Source: the human T2T-CHM13v2.0 reference genome, Homo sapiens. From it: a stretch of DNA of 64,000 bases. The notes below the pieces were generated by a model. It was not told the DNA's origin and did not search any database. It was given only the letters and a program-made list of their open reading frames with translations. The stretch is taken from positions 30,688,001-30,752,000 of the forward strand of contig CP068257.2 of assembly GCA_009914755.4 (NCBI GenBank), in the 5' to 3' direction. Shown in pieces: positions 11,980-25,109 of the stretch; the stretch's first letter is position 1; every line of letters begins with the position of its first letter. A program made the translations under genes and the position numbers.

Positions 11980-13879
11980 GGTATATCCATTTCCCTCTCC
12001 ACCTGTATGCCTTTTGAAATGTTCTACTTTGATATGAATTTTTCGTGTAAATTTTTGACTATTGCAATTCCTTTTCAAATTGGGATAGGCAAGCTCTGCA
12101 AATTTTTCTACCTGTATTAAACCAATAAAACTTAAATAGTCGTATTTGGAAATTTAAGGTAAGGAAACTGGTACCTGGTACATTTTCCTAATTTGAAAGA
12201 CCATTTACTAATGACAGCTCTTCAAAAAAGTCCTCCCAGACCAAGGGAAAAAAAAAAAAAAAGCACAGTACTCAAGATTTCATGAAAATTAACATCCTGA
12301 TTTTGCTATTAAACTTTTTCCAAGCCTTTTTCTCCTGAAAGCTCTATCTGTTATAATTCACTAAAGTTAAAAGGTCCAGTAGTCTTGCATTTTTTTAGAG
12401 TATGGAAACTTTATTTCCATGTTTGATGAGTAACAGATTTAGCAGCACCACTGAGGCACAGGGGAAATCAGAAGAGCTTCCTGGCCACTGACTAGGAGAT
12501 CTGCTGCAGTTAGCCTGCTGCTTAAAATCGCCATCAGGGCAATTAAGATATCCATTTGCTATTACCGTAATCTGACATTTGTATGAAATGCCCCCTGCTC
12601 TCTTGCAAACAAAATCCAGCTTCAGCAACAGAGCACAGTGCTCACCATGGGGAGCTAGAGCCAACACAAAGGCCTATTGATGGGAAGATCTCTATGATAT
12701 CCTAGCCTCTTTGATCTTTTTAAAAGGGATACAAAGGGCACTGATAGAGGATTGGCAAATCTATTCAGAAGTAGGAGCATTTGTTGAGAAAATAAAATTT
12801 CAAGTTTAAAAAGGAGGAAAACAGGATGAATAGTGGAACAATGTCTCCCCAGTGCACCTAAATCTCCCCAGTTGTGAAGTCTGGGAGTCCATTCAGGGAT
12901 CACGCGAACCAGCACAGAAGCAAAATGTGTGCCGCCACACCCCCAGCACACCCCACTGGAATCTCAAGCTGGACCTAGGAAAACATGAGGAACTGCAACA
13001 GTTCTCCCTCTAGAATGAGGAAACTGTGGCCAGAGGTAGGGCAGGAAGTGCATTTTCCCTGTATACCCTTCAGCACCTGCTGAATTTCAAACTGTGAATG
13101 TATTACCTAATGTTAAAAATTAATGAACTTAGACTTCCCAATTCTGGCAAGATGGAGTAGACATGCTTTTTCCTATTCTTCCTATCAAGTAGAACTAAAA
13201 ATACTGAGCATCATATGTAGAACAAATATAAGATGATTCTGGAAGGTAGAAAGAAAGCAGACCAGTCAGAGACCTTGAGACCCAAAGAACAAGGGAGTGC
13301 GTTCCTGGGTTGTCTTCTTGCCTCATTTGTCCTAGACTTAGAACTCAAGTCAGCAACCTGGAAACATCGACAGGCTCTCACACACACAAAGGCCGGAACA
13401 AAAGCCTGTTCTCTCTAACAAAAAAGAATGGAAAAAGGGCTGCCTAGCAAGACAGAAAACTGTGAGCCAAGAGCGGCGATACTTCAGCCAAACACTTCAC
13501 TGTGCCCCACTCCCAGCCACACCAGCAAAGGTGGAGCCTAGACTCCCACCCCTGCCAGGCTGGAAAGAGGAGCCCCAAATCCCCTGTTGGGGTGGCATGA
13601 GAGAAGGCCAAGTAGGGAGGCAGGATGTTCCTCTCCTGGGCAGTGACAGTACACTCCTCCTGCCCCCACTGGGGTGTCAGAGGAAGCCTAGCAGAGAGTA
13701 AGGACTTTCAGCATGCCCAGCAGTGACTGGGCAGCCCCCACTTCTACCTGTCCCCGCCAGGAAAGACCTGCAGAGGCCCAGTGAGCAGCTGGGACCCCCA
13801 TCTCAACCAACAGTCACAAGCGGGACAGATGGACTTTTCAACACACAGAGGCTGTAACAACTGACAACAACAGGTGAAG

Positions 13880-14575
13880 CAGTATGAATCCAGACCTGGA
13901 CATCACACCTCACAGAAAAGTGAGCTCAAAACAGATCACGGGCTTAAATTTAAAGAGTAAAACTAGAAACTTTTAGATAGAAACATAAGAAAAATTCCTC
14001 AGGATCTAGGAGTAGACAGAGTTCTTAGATGCCAAGAGCATGATCCGTAAAAGGAAAAACTGACCAAATGGGCTTCATCAAAATTAAAAGCTTTTGCTCT
14101 GTGAAAGAACTTGTTAAAAGGATTAAAAGATAAGCTACGGATTGTTAGATATTTGCAAACCACAAATCCTTCCAAGGACTAGTATCTGGAATATATAAAG
14201 AACACTCAAAACTCAATAGTTGAAAAAAGAAAGACAAAAAAAAAAAAAAATCCCCAAACTCAAGTTAAAAAAACAAAAGACAAAAAAAAAAAAAAAATCC
14301 CCAAACTCAAGTTAAAAAAACAAAAGACAAAAAAAAAAAAAAATCCCCAAACTCAAGTTAAAAAAACAAAAGACAAAAAAAAAAAAAAATCCCCAAACTC
14401 AATAGTTAAAAAAACAAAAAACAAAAAATCCCATTAGAAAATGGGCAAAAGACATGAACAGACATTTCACCAAAGAGGATGTGCAGATAGCAAATAAGCC
14501 ACAGGATGTTCAACATCATTAGCCATTAGAAAAATGCAAATTCAAGCCACAATGAGCTATCCCTGCACACTGTCA
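13880..14575 (+). mobile_element. L1 ORF2 3'-region fragment carrying an internal 47-bp VNTR
   Basis: cttcatcaaaattaaaagcttttgctctgtgaaagaacttgttaaaaggattaaaagataagctacggattg ... aaaatgggcaaaagacatgaacagacatttcaccaaagaggatgtgcagatagcaaataagc ... atgcaaattcaagccacaatgag parallels the L1 ORF2 C-terminal coding region. Confidence 0.65.
14231..14420. repeat. Minisatellite of about 4 copies of a 47-48-bp unit: aagacaaaaaaaaaaaaaaatccccaaactcaagttaaaaaaacaa
   Basis: Direct read. Three near-perfect units and a fourth, diverged one (actcaatagttaaaaaaacaa). Confidence 0.85.
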
Positions 14576-15121
14576 GAATGCTCCCAACCAAGAGACCTGA
14601 CCAGCCTGGGAAGATCAATCTCAGTGTTTCTCAATGTGCGTTACATGGAAGTGTTTCTTTCTCTCCCCACAACCCATTCACCCACAAGGACTCCCACTCT
14701 GAGGCTACTAGACACAAAACATAATTTCCAAAATGTACTTAAGCCAAGAAAAAGGCAACCTCAGCAGGCTGACCCATTATCAGGACTAAAATCTCTCATT
14801 TCTGTTGGTATTTGACCAGTAACTAATAAAAATGCAGAAAATGTTCATCATTAGGAATTAGGAAAACATCAAAGACAATTGGACATTTCCAGATTTTAAA
14901 ATTACAATTTTTTTTTTTAAATCACTGTATGTTCAAAATACTAACTGTGACTTTGCTGAAAATCACTGGAATGAACAGATGAGGATGGCTGAAGATCCTT
15001 TAAGAATTATTTCCAAGATTCAGGTCCTCATGTGGTAATTATGGCAATAATTACCATAATCAACCTGACCTCTGAGAAGTCATGCATAGCAAGCCCTGAC
15101 CCAAGAGAAGACTGCAGTTAC

Positions 15122-15224
15122 CTGGCCTGGTCAGCTCACTGAAGAGCTGAAGGAGAAAGCAGGGGTCATAGAGGCCATCAAGATCCACCCTGCTTTTGTC
15201 TTTGAATATCAGCTCCTGTGTGTC
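15122..15224 (-). CDS. Coding exon: DTQELIFKDKSRVDLDGLYDPCFLLQLFSELTRP
   Basis: Acceptor ttttggctctttcag|GACACA (AG 15225-15226) and donor GGCCAG|gtaactgc (GT 15120-15121). 103 nt, phase 0 start and phase 1 end, matching exon 6987-7147 across an 8-kb intron full of L1/LTR/Alu. Confidence 0.8.
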
Positions 15225-15967
15225 CTGAAAGAGCCAAAATCAACAAAAACGTGTGATTCAACCTCACAAAGGTAATACAGGTTGAGTATCTCTTATCTGA
15301 AACACCTGGGATCAGAAATGTTTCAGATTTTGGAATATTTGCATACATAATGAGATATCTTGGGGATGGGAGCCAAGTTTAAACACACAAATCATTTATG
15401 TTTCATATGCACGTAATATACATAGCATGCAGGTAACTTTATACAGGAATTTAAGATAATTTTGTGCATGAAAGAAAGTCTCTGTACACTGACCCTCAGG
15501 AAAGCAAAGGCGTCTCTATCTCATGTTAGTGCTCAAAAAGCTTCAAATTTTGGAACATTTCAGATTTGGGATTTTCAGATTAGAGATTCTCAACCTGTAT
15601 GGCATAACTGTTTACCCTCTACTGCCAGAGCTCAAATTATTTTGAATATTTAAGGGCATAAAGCAAAGTGCTTGTGTAAAAAGCAGTGCTTGTACATGAA
15701 ATGATAGGATCCTTGGGATGTGCTGCAACATAATCTCCTTGGGGGCAGGGGAACAGAGTGGTATAAACAGAACAAGCGTGGCCAGTGCAGATCATTGTTG
15801 CAGCTGGGCGGTGGGCTTATGAGGGTCTGGTCTCTATACCTTTATATATGATAAGATTCTTACTTAATAAAAAGGTAAATAACAAGAAAAACGAAGCTGA
15901 GGGTGCAGATGGAGCCCCTGAGGCTGGGGTGAAGGGGTGGGTAGGGACAGAACAGCAGCAGCCCAAC

Positions 15968-16139
15968 CTCGGGGGGCAGCAGCCTCCGGTTCTGGGGGAA
16001 GTGCAGGATGGTCTGCATCATCCGGTCCCGGTCCAGCAGGCGAAGGATGTCCCCGACACTCGGCTGCTGCCACAGTGACCTGCCCAGGCTCCGGCACGTC
16101 TTGTGATGCTCCACGGCCGCTGGGCCCCACAGCAGCACC
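15968..16139 (-). CDS. Coding exon: (R)VLLWGPAAVEHHKTCRSLGRSLWQQPSVGDILRLLDRDRMMQTILHFPQNRRLLPPE
   Basis: Acceptor ttttcccttttctggctctag|G (AG 16140-16141). The donor CCCGAG|gttggg (GT 15966-15967) is weak but is the only phase-compatible one. 172 nt, within minus ORF 15860-16138. Confidence 0.7.
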
Positions 16140-16239
16140 CTAGAGCCAGAAAAGGGAAAAGAGACTGGTCACAGAGCCCCCCGGGAACAGAATTAATCAT
16201 GATAACAACAACAGGTAGCAGTTGTCAGGCTGCCAGTTC

Positions 16240-16620
16240 ACACCAGGTGCTGTTCTGAGCATGCGACGTGTTATATCACTCAATCCCATCACAGCTTACG
16301 AAGTGGGTGGTGGTGATGGTGAGGCTGAGGGTGGGTGACAGTGTCAGTGATGACGACAGAAGCTGGTGTCTACTCAGCTGGCCCTATTCTAAGCCCTTCA
16401 TGTAGATCAATTCACTCAATCTGCACAACATCTCCATCAGGTGGGTACTATTATTATACCCCTTGTGCAAATGGGGGAAAGAGGTGCGGAGAGGATTAAG
16501 CAAGTTGCTCAGCTGCTCACCTGCTCAGATGGTATGTTGCAGGGCTGGGATTCAGACTCAGGAAGTCTGGCTCCTGAGTCCATGCTAGAACATAGCGGCA
16601 GAATTCTGATCTCTCACTGC
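16240..16620 (-). mobile_element. MIR-family SINE(s), with a partial internal duplication
   Basis: ggtactattattataccccttgtgcaaatgggggaaagaggtgcggagaggattaagcaagttgctcagctgctcacctgctcag ... ggattcagactcaggaagtctggctcctgagtcc is the reverse complement of the MIR core (ccccattttacagatgaggaaactgaggc...). Confidence 0.65.
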
Positions 16621-18898
16621 TCACATGTGGCCACGAGTGAACCAGGTCTGCCTACACAAGCCTTTCGGCTAAGCCCACCATGTGTGTGCTATGGACAACC
16701 TTCATACCTCAACCGCCACCACAGCTGTCAGAGGCCACCTTGCCTTCCTTCCTCCTAGAAAATGACTCCAGCCTAGCACTTCCCCCAACTCTCCTCCTCC
16801 CTCCCCCATCCACTGCCCTGCTGCTGCCCCGCTGCTGCCAGGCCGCTCCCCAGAGCCCAGCTGTGACGAGGAATGCTTCCCTGCTGTCTCCCAGATGGAA
16901 TGGAAATGCTTCCATCTGGTACTTTCACCCTCCACTGGCAATCCACGTGGCCTTCCCATTGCCTGTTTCCCTGCACACATCCAATGACCCCGATAAGCCG
17001 GGCTACTCACCCTTTCCCCAAATGTCCTGAGTTTCCACTCCTGCATGCTGTTTCCTCCTCCTGCTGCCCCAGGCCCCTCTGCCCACCTCACCTCAATTAA
17101 ATCCCTCTGACTCGCCAAATGCCAACCCTGGCACGAATCGGTCTTGAGCACATAGGGCCTGGCTCTTGGTGCTCCTGTAAGAGCTGGTTTATATCACGGG
17201 GCGTGAGTCAGCTGCCACTTTAAAAATGTCTAAATTTCTCACAGTCTGTTACCCTCAGCAGATGGGAAGACTGTATCTCATTCCCATAGGTTTTCCTGAG
17301 AGCACCAAGCCCAGCGCCTCCAGGCAATCAAGGAACATTATCTATAGAGCTAAATACTTCTAAACAAAATTCTTCTAAATACAGGTTCGCTTCTGTGCAA
17401 GTCGACAACAGTCACTAATGTCAGAAAAGGAAAGAATCATCCTTTCAGGAATGCTCGCTGTTCACCCCAGTTTCTGGCAGGCAGAGAGCCCATGCGCCAG
17501 GCACACCCGGCAGACTGCCCATCACAGACCGGCGGGAGAGCCGCCACGTAGCGTCCAGGATCCCCAGCTCAGCTCCCCGAGCTCAGGCCTGCTCCCTCAT
17601 CTAAGGACGAGATGTTTATTTTGTTTGCGGAAATGCTCTGTGCCCCTTAGAGCCACAGTGCCAGTGAGCGGCACATCCTTGATTCGCTCTTCCCCGGCAG
17701 CTGAAACTAGACTCCCTTCACAGCCAGCCCTGTCCTGTGACTCCCTGGGCAGCCTCGCTTGGCGTTCTCTGCTGTGTTAGAGGTCGTTCTGCAGAAATGG
17801 GTAGCTGGAACAATGCTGCACTGTGATAAAACCCGCCTCCGACTTGCTCTCCCCTCTTCCTCACATAAGAAGGGCTATTCTACTCCAGAAAGGACATAAC
17901 TGACATAGCACCAGCTCCGACGTCAAAAGAGCGAGGCTGCCGCAGGAGAAAGGAAAAGAGCTTCTATGCAAGCCCTGGGCATTCTTAAGAGACAGAAAAA
18001 AATGTTTTCATTTCCTTTTTCTTTCTTTTTTTTGTGGGGTGGGGAGGGTTGGGAGATAGCTTCTGGGCTGATACAGCTCTAATCTTTAAACAAAGTACTT
18101 TGACGTGGAAATTGTTTTCTCCTCCCTGCAAGCTCTCCTGAACAATCTTCCTTGGCCCAGTCAGCCCGCCTCCTGGCTGAACACACACACACACGTACAT
18201 ACTGAGCAGATGTTCCAGTGCTAGTCCCAAATGGCAAGGAGAAAAGAAGACTCTAGGGCAGCAAAGAGGATCCAAAAGTGCATTCTATCAATGGCACATT
18301 TGATCAAGCTCCTGCTTAGGTGCGGCACTTGTAAAGGTGAGGCAGGGCCCACAGGGAAAGGTGTCACACTCAGCCCTGCAGGACCAAAGCCCATCTGACC
18401 AAAAGACTGGGAGCCCAGGAAAGACAGACATGTACACCCACACCCACCTACATACACGCATGCACACACAGACACAAGCATGCATGCACATACAGACAAA
18501 AAAAAAGAGATTTTATGTACAGTTGAGCCCCCTGACACTTCCCCTGAAATCCCTATGGCATAAGTCAATCTACCTAAAGGCATGAGCAGAAAAGTTTTCA
18601 GAAAAATCAACCAAATGAGACACCCCAGTCCAGCTGACAGTGCACAACAGGGGCAATTCCAGACAGACAGGCACCCATCAGTCAGCTGCAGTGGCCCTGC
18701 CCAGATGCCTTATGGCATAAGGCCAAGCTTCCCCAGAGCACCCTATGCAGAAGCCAGTGTGAGTCAGGGGAGTGCTGCCTGCCTCACTCTTTCCCTGAGA
18801 ACCAAAATGGAATGAGAGAAAATCTCGAGTCTGGAGCTCACTGTGTGGAGAGCAGGCTGTGACCTCAAGGCCTAGTCTACCTCTAGCCCAACACTCAC

Positions 18899-18962
18899 CT
18901 GAAGTTGATGAGGCTGAGCTTGTTCTGCTCATACGCTCGAAGCAGAAGTAAAATCTTCTGAT
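18899..18962 (-). CDS. Short coding exon: (D)QKILLLLRAYEQNKLSLINF
   Basis: Acceptor ctgctttgacttgtag|AT (AG 18963-18964) and donor TTCAG|gtgagtg (GT 18897-18898). 64 nt, starts with 2 nt and ends with 2 nt, bridging exons 19209-19319 and 15968-16139 in frame. Confidence 0.7.
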
Positions 18963-19019
18963 CTACAAGTCAAAGCAGGATCGGTTTAGGAAGATGAACC
19001 CCTGACACCCTCCTGCTGC

Positions 19020-19208
19020 TCCCACCACCTGCCCTCATACCCTCCCTGCTCAAATGGCCCGGTCCTCATATCTTCACCCTGCTTGCACCGCCTGGTCTCA
19101 CTGTCTCCTCCTGCTCACATCCCTCCAGCTCTCATTCCCTATCTCTGCTCACACCCCCGGCCCTCACTCCCTCCCCCTGCTCACACTACCCAGCCCTCAC
19201 ACCCTCAC
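19020..19208. repeat. Degenerate tandem array with an approximately 35-40-bp C/T-rich unit (..ccctcac.ccctcc..ctgctcaca..), about 5 copies
   Basis: Direct read. Recurring ctgctcaca and ccctcac motifs at roughly 35-bp spacing, immediately 3' (in the gene sense) of the exon 19209-19319 donor. Confidence 0.6.
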
Positions 19209-19319
19209 CTAGGACGCTGAGAGTGGCGCCATAGGCCCCGAGAAGCACTGCAAAGTGGCTGCTCTCACAGACAGAGGGGCACATCTCCACCACCGTCAGC
19301 ATCAGGTCCACCAGCGCTT
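19209..19319 (-). CDS. Coding exon: (E)ALVDLMLTVVEMCPSVCESSHFAVLLGAYGATLSVL
   Basis: Acceptor gttgttttcttgcag|AA (AG 19320-19321) and donor CCTAG|gtgaggg (GT 19207-19208). 111 nt. Confidence 0.8.
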
Positions 19320-19494
19320 CTGCAAGAAAACAACCCTGAAACACATGGCATGGTGGGGCAGACACACTGAATACCAGAAGAGGAGAGAGCCTTCCAGGCA
19401 ACATTGAAATGCTGGAAATCTCCTCCTCTGAATAATACTGGTGTTTGGACTGCCATCTAATCCCTTCCCCGCTTATTTTTTTGTTATTATTATT

Positions 19495-19627
19495 TTCTTT
19501 TCTTTTTTTCTTTTTTTTTTTGAGATGAGGTCGTGCTATGTTGCCCAGGCTGAACTCCTTAGCTCAAGCAATCCTCCTTGGCATCCCAAAGTGCTGGGAT
19601 CAGAGGCATGAGCCACCGCGCCCAGCC
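19495..19627 (-). mobile_element. Alu fragment, right arm
   Basis: Poly-T ... gagatgaggtcgtgctatgttgcccaggctg ... cccaaagtgctgggatcagaggcatgagccaccgcgcccagcc. Confidence 0.8.
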
Positions 19628-20511
19628 CCCCACGTGTTTTTCAATTAAGACATCTCCACAGTCACCTTTCTTCCTAGGCCTTTGACAAGGCTGAATTCAG
19701 TCCCTGCGCATTCCCCCTCCCAAATGTTAAGCCAATACAGATTTTCAATCCAGGCATGTTTTCCCCATGACTGTGCTACCAAAGCCTCTACTCTGTCTAC
19801 TCTTGCCTGAATTGAATGGCGGAGCCCTTTTAGTTTTTCTACTACCCATACCAGTGATGTGGCTAATGGCTGTCTTCGACTTATTAATAGCAGTTTATTA
19901 CAGTCTGACCCTGTGGTGATTGCTAATACTTCCGGGTGTGAATTTTATCTGTCTAAACAGAGCGTGGCGTCAGGAGGGCAGGAACCCTCGGATTATCTTC
20001 TCTGACATCCGACCTGTGAGCACTAAAGTGAATCCTTACTGAATTAGGGATGGAGCCTAAACTTAGGCTTTTGAAGTTCTTTACCACTGAACTGTCAATG
20101 GGCAAGTTCCAACCGTTTTCCCTTGATAAAAGTTTCAGTCTTCCCAAGCAGAAATTTCATGCAACTAATCAATTTCTCTCAGGTTAGACACCCACACTTT
20201 TTTCCCACGCGTGACTTCCCCTCGATCCCAGATTTTAACATGAGCCCATGATAACGGCACTAAGATCTCAAACACAACTTCTGTAAGCCAGTTAAGGCCT
20301 TGAAAACAGGTTTGTATTTGCTGTTTGACCACAAGTCAGAGGAGACATTTCTTCACCCTGGATTTGACAGAAATAAAACATTCTGACACTGTCTTGGCAA
20401 TGCTTCCTTAGCTCCGAGAGCCGGAGGGAGATGAGCCTCAGTGCAGCCAGTGTAAGGAAATCAGGAGATAAAATCTGGATACGGAATGGAAGGGCTGGGG
20501 TGAGGGGTCAC

Positions 20512-20705
20512 CTTTTACTTGGCTGTCCGGGCTCTCCTCTCCGTCAGACGTCAGTAGAGTCGGCAGAAACAGCGAGTGCTGCATGAGCATCACGTAGACC
20601 ACCGGGAGCTGGATGAGCTTCGTGCGCACGGAGCTTTCTGGGCTGTACAGGAGCTGTACGGCGGTGAGGAGCATCTTTAAAAATGTGTGGTCCTGGTACC
20701 GAAAT
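20512..20705 (-). CDS. Coding exon: (K)[64 protein letters not shown]
   Basis: Acceptor ctctcgccgcctag|A (AG 20706-20707) and donor GTAAAAG|gtgacc (GT 20510-20511). 194 nt, within minus ORF 20438-20674. A second acceptor, cag|GACCAC at 20693-20694, is phase-incompatible with the upstream exon. Confidence 0.8.
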
Positions 20706-20796
20706 CTAGGCGGCGAGAGTCAAACGGAAAAGAGCTTTGCTAAAAGGAAAATTTATTTTACAGGAAACAATAAAGATTCTTTTTCTCAGTATTTTA

Positions 20797-21088
<292 letters not shown>

Positions 21089-21146
21089 GCGCCCGGCCAT
21101 TTTCTCAGTATTTTATTAAGAAAATGTTCAAACAACACCAAGTTGA

Positions 21147-21595
<449 letters not shown>

Positions 21596-22067
21596 CAGTG
21601 CATTTGTTTTCTTTATGACTCAAACACCAAAAGAACTTCCTGCTTAGTGGAAACGCCAGGAGGCATGAGAACAGCTGCGCCTGAGAAAGAGGCAACTTAG
21701 TGCCTCCCAGGTCACCTTGCCCGGCCTCCCTCCTTCCTCACTCTCCTCTACTCAGAACTTCCATCAAATGGTTCAGAAGCCTTCTATGTCCTAAATCCCT
21801 TCAAAACCCACTAAGGAAAGGAAAGCAACACGCTCTAAAGAAAGTGTTTTTCAGTCCTATACGAATAACTTTAACCTAAGATGGAAAGAAATATCATAAT
21901 TCTGTGATGGTAACCTATAGTTGTCATTAACCTGGCACCCACTCTCACTTCTCTCTCTCCTCTTGTGTGAAATACTTTTCTCTGTTTCAAGTTCATGGGA
22001 TGGTCAGGGAAATGAAAATAACGCATGACTATCTGATTGCCCCAAACTGAAGAGCTGGAATGTATCA

Positions 22068-22436
<369 letters not shown>

Positions 22437-22439
22437 TTT

Positions 22440-23080
22440 GCTCAACAACTTTGGAGAGCAGTTTGAGCATCTAGAACTGAAGATGCACCCACACTAAAAG
22501 CTAGTAAGTCCCCAATCCACCCCAAGAGACATGATAGAGACTGTAAGACTATAATGGGAGAGAATGAGAGAATGAGACAGAGAAAGAGAAAAACAGAGAG
22601 GGAGGGAGAGAGAGATGTGATGTAAAGGGGAGAATAGGGAGAACAGCCTAGACATTTGTCAGTAGAGGACTGGCTAAGTAATCTGGAATATAGTCAAAAG
22701 ACCGAATATTCTACAGCAGTAAAAATGAATGACTTAGATCTACAAGTATCAGTACGGGTAAATTAGAAACATCTCAGTGAACAAAAGGATGTATAAAGAA
22801 TGATACATTAAAAAAAAAAGAATGATACATTAGTGTAAAATGTTAAACATGCTAAATAATACTGTTTAACAACATACTAACACTCAGTGTATGAAAATAC
22901 AAAATAAGATACTGACGAGACAAAGCAGAACCTCAGAAGAGTGTTGACCTTTGGTTACAGAGGGATGAGAAAGAAACAGGACAAACACAGAAAACTGTCA
23001 GCATGTATTAAATGTGGGGGCTACTATTATTCTCTGCACATTTCTGTATTTCTTTAAATAGTTCTTTTAAAAGACTGCTT
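22440..23080 (+). mobile_element. Old L1 3'-end fragment
   Basis: ctggaatatagtcaaaagaccgaatattctacagcagtaaaaatgaatgacttagatctacaagtatcagtacgggtaaattagaaacatctcagtgaac ... cagagggatgagaaag ... resembles the L1M/L1ME 3' terminal region. It contains a short internal duplication of gaatgatacatta at 22797-22835. Confidence 0.5.
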
Positions 23081-23270
23081 CTCTCATCATCAGAAGCACC
23101 CTGTGTCAAGAGGCAAATCATTTAACTTCTCCAACTTCTATCTCTAAAAACGAGGTGACATCGGCTCCACCACGTGGATTATGCTAATAACAAGCTATAA
23201 AAGAGGCTTTGCATGCTGAACGACATTCACACCTTTACCGAAGGGCACCAAGAAAATAAAATCAACTTAC

Positions 23271-23329
23271 TTGAGTCCCTTCTTCACGAATTTCTGCCAG
23301 TCACCAGGATCAACTTCATTAAGTGCATG
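23271..23329 (-). CDS. Short coding exon: HALNEVDPGDWQKFVKKGL
   Basis: Strong acceptor tgtttttcttacttattttattcatag|CATGCAC (AG 23330-23331) and donor CTCAA|gtaagt (GT 23269-23270). 59 nt, single open frame, phase 0 start and phase 2 end. Confidence 0.7.
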
Positions 23330-24274
23330 CTATGAATAAAATAAGTAAGAAAAACACATGAAACATCTCAGTCTACAAAACACTAAAAGGCCCCAGCTGC
23401 AGAGCCTTCAGAAAGGCATCTGCCTCCATGGCCTGACTACCTCCTCTGTAAAACCCATGATCAAAGGGTTGAAAAGAGGAGCGCTGGTGTCCCCTTCTGC
23501 TCTGACACTTGTGATTCAACCCAGCAGCTGCTCTGTTCTGGACTCTCTGTGCAATGATTATTTTTTTTTAATAGAATAGGCATACAAATTTATTAATGTG
23601 CGTGGGAAAAATCACTGAGCAGTTACTCTTGTTTGCACAATTCTTGACAAGCATGTGATAGCTCAAACTTACAGGGGCAGAGAGCAGAACCAAGATTAAT
23701 CTTAAAACAAAAACTAAAATGCAGAATATGAAATTACACTTAGAGCACTTAGAGCCATGTAATATGAAATTACACTTAGGGCCATTCAGTAAATATGAAA
23801 CACAGTCATCCAAACAATCCACAAGAGCATGAAGGTTTTGGATTTTTTTTTTAACTTAAAAAAATTGTTTGGTTATTTCTGCTAGTAGCTCTGACATTTT
23901 ATCAGCATAATTGTGTTTATCAAATAGTCAAAGGAAATTTCCTGAGTAGTCCTGTTATTTTTTTCCTTTGTCTATCATTTCAAATAGCACTAATAGATTT
24001 GTAATTAGCCTTTTATTAAATAGCCAATGAAAACTACTAGTGTGACACCTTTACCCAGCCTCCAGGACACAGGGTTGGATGACATGAAGAGGTCTGTGGA
24101 ACTGGATGATCAATGCTGGCTCCAGAGAGACCAGCTACAGGCCGTGTGTGTGCAGGCTGCTGCCTCCCACCAGGCTGGCTGTGCAGTGGAGGCCACAGTT
24201 CCAGAAATCACAAGGAAATCCAAGGAGATCCTGGACCCATCAGCTGAGGTATATCTCACACTCGTGACTTTTTT

Positions 24275-24590
24275 TTTTCTTTTTTAAAAGAGATTGGGTC
24301 TTGCTAGGTTGCCAAGGCTGGAGTGCAATGGTGCAATGGCTATTCATAGGCGCAATCCCACTACTGATCAGCACAGGAGTTTTGACCTGTTCTGTTTCCA
24401 ACCTAGGCCAGTTCACCTCTCCTTAGGTAACCTGGTGGTCTCCTGCTCCAGGAAGTCACCATACTGATGCCAAACTTAGTGTGGAAACCTGATGGGAATA
24501 GCCCGGAACCTCTGGGCTCAAGCGATCCTCCTGCCTCAGCCTCCAGAGCAGCTGGAATTACAGGCGCGTGCCACCATGCCTGGCTCATCA
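24275..24590 (-). mobile_element. Two Alu fragments (about 24275-24345 and 24490-24590)
   Basis: ttgccaaggctggagtgcaatggtgcaatggc ... ctgggctcaagcgatcctcctgcctcagcctccagagcagctggaattacaggcgcgtgccaccatgcctggc. Confidence 0.7.
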
Positions 24591-25109
24591 CATTTTTATA
24601 TACATGTTCTCTTTCCCCCAGCATTTCCTGCAACTGGACATAAATGGCCAAGTGTGCAAAAATGGACCATGCAAAGATGTTTATCACAGCATTCTTTATC
24701 ATAATAAAAAACTGGAAAACCACCCACAGCTCCAGTATCATACAACTGCGTGATACATGATGGTACATTTACCCATCTACCACTGACCACTAACAAAGTC
24801 ACAGCAGGTCCGCAGTCATCGGGTGGGGAAAAAAAATCTCTAAATATGGTATTATGCTAAAAACAAACAAAAGACCAGGCTACACACAGCATGCATAATA
24901 TCCTATTAATATATAAAATTATACATAATTTTATCACACACACACAGATATATAACAAGGTTTCTACAGGGAAATTCACCAAACTTATAATGAGATAGAC
25001 TCTGGGTAATGGGAGTTTTTTTTTTGTTTTCTTCTCTATTTTTTGCAGTGTGAATACTTGCAATGAGTATGTCTTTTAGCCCTGTGATCACAAAAACCAG
25101 TAATTCCAA

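Noticed and set aside
15860-16138. Extending exon 15968-16139 about 110 nt further to the strong donor ATTAA|gtaagaat near 15860
   Set aside because: The added translation (VGLLLFCPYPPLHPSLRGSICTLSFVFLVIYLFIK) is low-complexity, and that donor leaves phase 2, which does not match exon 15122-15224. The weaker GAG|gttggg donor at 15966-15967 keeps phase.
16680-17151. Overlapping ORFs of 116-149 aa in a C/T-rich block
   Set aside because: Low-complexity proline/serine/leucine translations of a polypyrimidine-rich intronic segment next to a MIR. No splice signals and no phase fit with the neighbouring exons 18899-18962 and 15968-16139, which already connect in frame.
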